32,750 nucleotides of DNA, taken from contig CANRLA010000003.1 of the NCBI GenBank assembly GCA_947631315.1, positions 1 through 32,750 of the forward strand, in the 5' to 3' direction. Within the stretch, counting starts at the first letter, position 1, and each line of letters opens with the position of its first letter. The notes beneath the pieces were generated by a model. That model worked only from the letters and a program-made list of their open reading frames with translations, did no database searches and had not been told where the DNA came from. A program made the position numbers and the translations under genes. The stretch comes from an uncultured Clostridia bacterium. Its GTDB lineage: Bacteria > Bacillota > Clostridia > TANB77 > CAG-508. Positions 27,230 through 32,750 of this stretch are shown in pieces.

Positions 27230-30200
27230 TTAAATTACATATTTTTTTATTATAAACGAACCTGCAGAAATTATTAATATTGCACCGGCTATTATTGCTA
27301 TATAATTTTGTGCTATACCTGTTACTACTGTTAGTATTACTGGTGCATCATCTATATCATCTTCTCCGTCTTTTTTATTATTTGGTGTTGAATCTATATC
27401 CGGTGAATCTGATGGATTACTATCTTTACTTATTTCTGCTACATTTATTTTTAGATTTAAGTTTTCATCTCCATTTATCCATGTTAGCAATACTTCTACC
27501 GTTGCTGATTCTCCTGGTTGTAATAGTGTGTCTTTCAATTGGTCTGTTACTATCTTTCCATTTTCTTCTCTCCACTTTGGATTATCTGCTTGATTAAATT
27601 TTAATCCTTCCGGTATATAGTCTGATATCTCTGTTGCGTATCCTTCTATCTCTCCTTCGTTTGTTATTCTTATCTGATATCTAAATTTTACTATTGTATT
27701 TTCTATTCTGTCTTTATTTAGTTCTACTTTTACTACTGGCTCCGGGTCTTGCTCTGCATAATGGTCTGTATCCATCTCTTTTTGTATACCATCTTCTATT
27801 AATATTGCTTGACTTACCCATTTTCTTAATGCTAAATCAAAATATTTTACATATAGATGTTCTACATCTTGGTCGTCTTCCCCTTCATTCCATTCATTTG
27901 GTGTTGAGTCTGTATCGTCTACTTCTTCTCCTTCTTCGTCTGTATCTTTACTTATCTGTGCTTTATTCGTTATTGTTCTATCTGATGTGTTTGGTTCTGT
28001 TACTCTAAATGCTATCTTTACATCTTTATAATCAGGTGTGTCCATTGTCGTTGGATCAAATCCTTTTAATAGATTTTCTCCTTCTACTTTTTCATTTTCT
28101 TTTGATAAATAATCTGTTGCTATCGTTTCTGCTTCTTTTATTTCTGTTGTTACATTTCCTTCTTTATCATACATTATCCATTTGTATTCTTTATTTATTT
28201 CGTGTTCTTGTATAAATTCTAATCCCTCTGGAATATCATCTTTTATCTCTGCTGCATAGCCTGCTTGGGTTCCTTCATTATATACTCTTATTGTATATGT
28301 TACTATATCATTATTTGCTACTCTTACTGGATCTTTTGGATGGGTATATTCCATATTTGTTATTTCTTTTCCATCAACTATTGTTCCATATTTTGATGTA
28401 TCCACTTGTGGCACTCTTGTTGTTATTTCCTCGTCATTTACTCCTGTTATAAATTTTCTTAATGCTAAATCAAATTTTTCTAATATGATTTTTTCAAAGT
28501 CATCATCGTCTTCTTGTCCTTCATAATGATAATTTTTGTCTGTTAAATCTTCTTTATTATTATCATTTCCTTTATACTTTGGAAGTTCGCTATCTTGAGG
28601 CATTGTAACATTTTTTTCGTTATCTCTATCAGTTAGATTCTCACTATTACTACTAATTGTAATTTCAGCTATATTGGTTATTTTCTTTAATGTTTGTGCA
28701 GTTGGAGCAACTTTGCATCTAATTTGTATCTCTTTATAATTCAATGTAGAATTTGTTTGCTCAAATGCTTTTATAATATTATCTTCATCATGCTCTTTTG
28801 ATAAATATTTTGTTCTAATCGTTCTTTGTGTTCTATCTGAGCTGTCAATTGTCCATAAATATTTTTTGTTTATTTCATCATTTGGTAAAAATTCTAATTC
28901 AGGTGGTAAGTGATCTACTATTTCATCTGCATATCCATCAACTTGACCTTCATTATATATTCTTAATGTATATGTTACTATATCTCCTGTAGAAACACTG
29001 ACAGGTGTTTTTACATGTTCATAGCTTGCTGTTGTTTCTCCATTTAATAATGGATTTATATCTACTTTAGGCTCTCTATCATATAATCCATTTGTTTTTA
29101 ATTCAGTATCATTTACAGCTGTTATAAATTTTCTTAATGCTAAATCAAAATATTTTCCCTGTAATACTAAGTCTTCAAAATCATCATCATCTTCATATCC
29201 TTTACCTTGCGTAGATGTTCCTGGCGAATATGAATCTTTATTATCATTTACGTTTTCAGGTATTGAGTCCCTATCTTGAGCATTTGCATCATTATATGTT
29301 TCTGTTATTTCTGCCACATTTTTTAAATGTGTATCTGTTGTTTCTACAGAAGCTGTAACTCTACATTCAACTTGAACATCTTTATAATCTAAAACATATT
29401 GTCCATCCTTAGGATTTTTATCAAATGCCTTTATCAAGTTTCCTGCTTGATTTCTTTGTTTTGATAAATAATTTGTTCTTATTATCTTATTATCATTTGA
29501 GTCTACTGTCCATCCATAAGTTGCATTTATATTGCTTTCATTTTGTGGTACTAATTCTAATCCATTTGGTAAATAATCTGTTATTTCTTCAGCATATCCA
29601 TCTATTTCACCTTCATTGTAAACTCTAATAGTGTATATAACTTTGCTTCCTACACTTACTGGTAGTGCATTTTTTACATGTGGCTTTTTAGCTGTTGTTC
29701 CATTGTCCAACGCTGAAGCATCTCCTGTTGCTAAAGCTTGTAAATTTTGATTTGTAATTTGTGGTTCTCTTGAAGGTGTTACATCTTTTCCATTTATTTG
29801 TGTAATGAATTTTCTTAATGCTAAATCAAAATTAGGTTTTGTAATATTTTTTGTATCTTCAAAGTTAATTACTACATTATTTTTTTCGATAATAACTACT
29901 GGTTGTGTTGTAGAAACTTGATTTGAAGATGCTGACCAATATGTTAATGTTTTTTCCTCTTTCTCTGCTGATATTCGTATTTTTACTTGTGAAACTGAAG
30001 TATTTGAAGGGAATTGTATATAAAATTCTTGTCCTATTGCATTTTTTATTTTTTCTGTTGTTGTACTTCCTCCAAATTCAGTTCTATTGCTATCAACTAT
30101 TTTAGCTGTATCTATTTCTGATTGACCATTTAAAACTTTTGCATCAAAACTTGCATATTGGTTTATATTTTCTGCTGTTAATTTATATGGTCCTACAAAA

Positions 30201-31009
30201 ACATCTCCGCCGTCAAATATTATTGTTGCTTTATCTTTTTCAAGATTGATTGAATTACTACTTGATATAGATTCATATTGATAGTCACTATTTAGTTCAG
30301 CTCCCTTAATTAAATATTCATAAATTTTTGAAATTGGACTATCTGTTTCATCTACTTCATATTTATCTCCTAAACTTGTCGATGTTCTACCATTGTCATC
30401 TGATACATGAAATGTATCATTCTTATTAGGTTCATACTCATCTCCACTATTTGTTATATACCATATTGCTGTTTGTTGAATTACTTCTAAGATATCTTTT
30501 TGTTCCTCTGCATCTGTCACATATTCTGTAAAATCAGTTGCCTCAGCTTTTTCTAGTAAAGTATTTACTGATTTACTATCTTCAGGGATACATATATTAT
30601 CTAATATCCACATTAATTTATTATAATTATTATTTGTAGGAAGTGCGCTTTTATATGTTGAATCTATTGAGTTAGGATTCCTTAAGTCAAAGTATTCTGT
30701 ATAATGTACTATTGGTTGAGAGCCACCTGCTCCAAATCCAACTCCATCTTTTAGACAATAAATAGCTTCATTATTATTTTTTTGAGTATTTCCATTTTGA
30801 TTATCATATTCGACTATTTTTATTATAGGTAATTTATTACCATTATTTTTTCTACCTGATGTATAAAAACCTGTAGGTCTACCATTTCCTTGTTCATATA
30901 ATCCTAAATACTTGCCATTAGTTGTATTTGCTGCAAAACTGCTTGTATTAAAAACTAGCATTGCAATTAAAAATAAAAATACAATTAATAAATTTTTAAA
31001 TTTTTTCAT
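27230..31009 (-). CDS. Thioester-domain surface adhesin 2 (TED, 4 FDLALRK/DUF11-like repeats, C-terminal anchor)
   Basis: Signal peptide; AIYCLKDG, IQQTAIWYIT, TTQPVV; four FDLALRK repeats; VVTG followed by TM helix and KK. Paralog of 22236-26951 lacking the CnaB block. Confidence 0.85.
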   Translation of the reverse strand: MKKFKNLLIVFLFLIAMLVFNTSSFAANTTNGKYLGLYEQGNGRPTGFYTSGRKNNGNKLPIIKIVEYDNQNGNTQKNNNEAIYCLKDGVGFGAGGSQPIVHYTEYFDLRNPNSIDSTYKSALPTNNNYNKLMWILDNICIPEDSKSVNTLLEKAEATDFTEYVTDAEEQKDILEVIQQTAIWYITNSGDEYEPNKNDTFHVSDDNGRTSTSLGDKYEVDETDSPISKIYEYLIKGAELNSDYQYESISSSNSINLEKDKATIIFDGGDVFVGPYKLTAENINQYASFDAKVLNGQSEIDTAKIVDSNRTEFGGSTTTEKIKNAIGQEFYIQFPSNTSVSQVKIRISAEKEEKTLTYWSASSNQVSTTQPVVIIEKNNVVINFEDTKNITKPNFDLALRKFITQINGKDVTPSREPQITNQNLQALATGDASALDNGTTAKKPHVKNALPVSVGSKVIYTIRVYNEGEIDGYAEEITDYLPNGLELVPQNESNINATYGWTVDSNDNKIIRTNYLSKQRNQAGNLIKAFDKNPKDGQYVLDYKDVQVECRVTASVETTDTHLKNVAEITETYNDANAQDRDSIPENVNDNKDSYSPGTSTQGKGYEDDDDFEDLVLQGKYFDLALRKFITAVNDTELKTNGLYDREPKVDINPLLNGETTASYEHVKTPVSVSTGDIVTYTLRIYNEGQVDGYADEIVDHLPPELEFLPNDEINKKYLWTIDSSDRTQRTIRTKYLSKEHDEDNIIKAFEQTNSTLNYKEIQIRCKVAPTAQTLKKITNIAEITISSNSENLTDRDNEKNVTMPQDSELPKYKGNDNNKEDLTDKNYHYEGQEDDDDFEKIILEKFDLALRKFITGVNDEEITTRVPQVDTSKYGTIVDGKEITNMEYTHPKDPVRVANNDIVTYTIRVYNEGTQAGYAAEIKDDIPEGLEFIQEHEINKEYKWIMYDKEGNVTTEIKEAETIATDYLSKENEKVEGENLLKGFDPTTMDTPDYKDVKIAFRVTEPNTSDRTITNKAQISKDTDEEGEEVDDTDSTPNEWNEGEDDQDVEHLYVKYFDLALRKWVSQAILIEDGIQKEMDTDHYAEQDPEPVVKVELNKDRIENTIVKFRYQIRITNEGEIEGYATEISDYIPEGLKFNQADNPKWREENGKIVTDQLKDTLLQPGESATVEVLLTWINGDENLNLKINVAEISKDSNPSDSPDIDSTPNNKKDGEDDIDDAPVILTVVTGIAQNYIAIIAGAILIISAGSFIIKKYVI
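27307..28588 (-). repeat. About 1.28-kb near-identical direct repeat, copy 2 (3' part of adhesin 2)
   Basis: Matches 22313-23594; the antisense ORFs 22700-23014 and 27694-28008 have identical translations. Confidence 0.92.
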
Positions 31010-31050
31010 TTTCTACTATCTCCATAATTTAATTTCAATCATACATTTTT

Positions 31051-31079
31051 ATTATAATATATTTTGTTCATAAAATCAA
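31051..31079 (-). promoter_or_regulatory. Sigma-A promoter of adhesin 2
   Basis: TTGATT-17 nt-TATAAT. Confidence 0.7.
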
Positions 31080-31177
31080 GGTTTTATCAATATTTTCACC
31101 AATTCGTAAAGTGAAAATAAAATTACTTGAAAAATATTAACTATATATCAATATTTTGATAAAATAAATATAATGTA

Positions 31178-31226
31178 AAAAAAATGACAAAATTTTAACT
31201 TAATGTTAGAAATTTGTCATTTTTTT
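31178..31226. terminator. Terminator hairpin directly downstream of the tRNA 3' fragment
   Basis: AAAAAAATGACAAAATTTTAAC-ttaat-GTTAGAAATTTGTCATTTTTTT. Confidence 0.75.
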
Positions 31227-31230
31227 CGTT

Positions 31231-31246
31231 TGGAGGCACACTCCGG
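31231..31246 (-). other. tRNA (probably Cys) 3'-end fragment; att-site remnant
   Basis: - strand CCGGA-GTGTGCC-T-CCA = T-stem 3' arm, acceptor 3' strand, U discriminator and CCA; no 5' half present upstream. Confidence 0.65.
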
Positions 31247-31404
31247 TTTTATATTTTTAAAAGCACAGTAATATCAACATTTCTTTTTGATAATTCTTTA
31301 AATTCATTTATAGATAAATTACTAAAATTTGTATTTTTAGTTTTCTTTATATATTTAATCATAGCATATTGTAAAAAATAAAATACTTAGCTTATATAAA
31401 GGTA

Positions 31405-32382
31405 TTAAAAATTAATTATTTTATTTATATTTTCTATAAACTCCATTCCCTCTATCTTATTAATCCCAAAGCATTTTTTTCCTAAATCTTTAAGTGATGC
31501 TCCACAATGATAAAGTTCTTTGTTATCTATAATAATAAACCTATCATGGAATTTATCTGTGCGTGCTATTTTTAATACCCCATATTGCTCATTAAACTTC
31601 TTAATATCTAGTTTTGTTAGATTACAATTTTGTGAAGTTAAAATAATTGCTTGGACATTCTTATTTTTCTTTTGTAGCATTTTAAGAATAGTATCATCTA
31701 TATAATTATCTATTATTACTATTTTACTTTGAGCTGTTTTTATAATATCAATTATTAGTTCATAGGCATCATATATTTGTCCCTTAAAAAATATTTTTTG
31801 TTTAAATTCTTGTTCTTTATTCTTTTGTAATTCATTAAATACTTGATTGAATTTATTATCATGTTCTAATAATTTATATTCAACATTTGTTAATCTTTCA
31901 AAAACTTGTCCATTTATGGAAATAAATTTTCTCATTTCAACAAATGCATTCATTATGTTTATACTTACTTGAACTGCAATTTCATTTCTTAATAGACCCG
32001 AAAGCATTGCTATACCCTGTTCTGTGAACGCATAAGGTATATATTTTTTACCTCTATGTTTACTATTTTCATTTTTGAAACTGGTCGCAATTTGCGACCA
32101 GTTATTTTCTTGTTCTACATTTGAAACTACAATTGGCGATTTTAAATTTTCGATTTCTGTTTCTGTTAGCTGAAAACAAAAATTTTCTGGAAATCTTTCC
32201 TTATTTCTAGTAACTGTTTCATTTATTCTTTTAGTTTGATAATGATATAACATTGCTACGTCGCTATCTAGCATAACTTGTTTTCCTCTAATGCAATAAA
32301 TTAAATTCTTAATATCAACTGTTTCATATTTTACTAAATTTAAGTCATTATTCATTGGTTCAATATTGGTGTGATTATTCAT
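31405..32382 (-). CDS. ORF6N (KilA-N-like) DNA-binding protein with a C-terminal PLD-like domain
   Basis: IRGKQVMLDSDVAMLY..RNKERFPENFCFQLT..PYAFTEQGIAMLS (ORF6N); IVIIDNYID..FHDRFIIIDNKELYHCGASLKDLG (PLD-like). Confidence 0.85.
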   Translation of the reverse strand: MNNHTNIEPMNNDLNLVKYETVDIKNLIYCIRGKQVMLDSDVAMLYHYQTKRINETVTRNKERFPENFCFQLTETEIENLKSPIVVSNVEQENNWSQIATSFKNENSKHRGKKYIPYAFTEQGIAMLSGLLRNEIAVQVSINIMNAFVEMRKFISINGQVFERLTNVEYKLLEHDNKFNQVFNELQKNKEQEFKQKIFFKGQIYDAYELIIDIIKTAQSKIVIIDNYIDDTILKMLQKKNKNVQAIILTSQNCNLTKLDIKKFNEQYGVLKIARTDKFHDRFIIIDNKELYHCGASLKDLGKKCFGINKIEGMEFIENINKIINF

Positions 32383-32420
32383 AAATAACTTGATTCCTTC
32401 CTTGTGTAAACTTTGCTCAT

Positions 32421-32449
32421 ATTATAAAACATATGTTTGTAAAAGTCAA
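32421..32449 (-). promoter_or_regulatory. Sigma-A promoter of the ORF6N gene
   Basis: TTGACT-17 nt-TATAAT. Confidence 0.7.
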
Positions 32450-32675
32450 TATATTTATACAAATAAATTATATTATATATTCCATAAAAAATATTAAAAT
32501 CAAAACCAAGCATTCGAACTGGAGGAGTATTTTTTATATATAAAAACCATTATTCAAAAAGTTCTTATTTGTTAATATTTTTAAAAATGTTAATGTAGTT
32601 TTGGAAAATTGAGAAAAATTGAAAGAAATCATAAAGAAATGGAAATGCTTGATATAAAAAGCTTTAGACAGTTAA

Positions 32676-32750
32676 TAAATATCCTCCGGCTTAGCCGGAG
32701 GTATTTTACTCATAACGCCTAAAAGGCTATATTACAAGCAGAGCCTCAAG
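32676..32750 (-). mobile_element. Probable end of an IS200/IS605-family element (runs off the window)
   Basis: GC-rich hairpin CCTCCGGC-tta-GCCGGAGG (32683-32701) plus GCCT-aaa-AGGC, resembling the subterminal hairpins of Firmicute IS200-type elements. No tnpA is visible in the window. Confidence 0.5.

Noticed and set aside
22262-28215. Duplicated Leu-rich + strand ORFs (22262, 22700, 23015, 27280, 27694, 28009)
   Set aside because: Antisense to the adhesins; their identity only reflects the DNA duplication.
22313-28588. Diversity-generating retroelement (TR/VR) or invertase shufflon explanation for the duplicated block
   Set aside because: Both copies are coding and in direct orientation; differences are mostly synonymous and not adenine-specific; no reverse transcriptase or recombinase in the window.
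31231-31310. Intact tRNA gene
   Set aside because: Only the last 16 nt fit; the T-loop, anticodon arm, D arm and 5' acceptor strand are absent.
32505-32528. CCAAGCATTCGAACTGGAGG as a second att copy
   Set aside because: Only TGGAGG (6 nt) matches the scar, which is too short to support.

Overview
Very AT-rich chromosomal window from a low-GC Firmicute, most likely a host-associated Clostridia lineage (inferred from gene content). Most genes lie on the - strand. 1-4.1 kb: translation and secretion genes rpsB-tsf and rpmG-secE-nusG-rplK-rplA(partial), with recognisable S2 and L1 autoregulatory leaders. 4.2-13.8 kb: a cell-surface locus with an orphan AgrC/VirS-type histidine kinase, a TPKTG-anchored surface protein, a class B sortase and a two-gene cohesin-dockerin module. 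That module pairs a 1580-aa NPCBM/CBM32/dockerin protein carrying a putative Cys-His-Asp catalytic core with an LPQTG-anchored single cohesin. 13.9-15.3 kb: a complete IS30-family element (13869-15308) with 24-bp imperfect TIRs, an unusually long 15-bp target duplication and nested internal repeats, inserted right at the stop codon of a class B PBP gene. 15.3-22 kb: a short dcw cluster (mraZ-rsmH-ftsL-PBP) with a 425-bp intergenic array of about 16 same-strand ACAAAAGA-like motifs, then a pseudo-receiver/GGDEF gene and a membrane Ig-repeat gene. 22.2-31 kb: two tandem thioester-domain adhesins with divergent tips and near-identical 3' ends. 31.2-32.75 kb: a tRNA-Cys-like 3' fragment (att scar), an ORF6N/PLD-like gene and a probable IS200/IS605 end.
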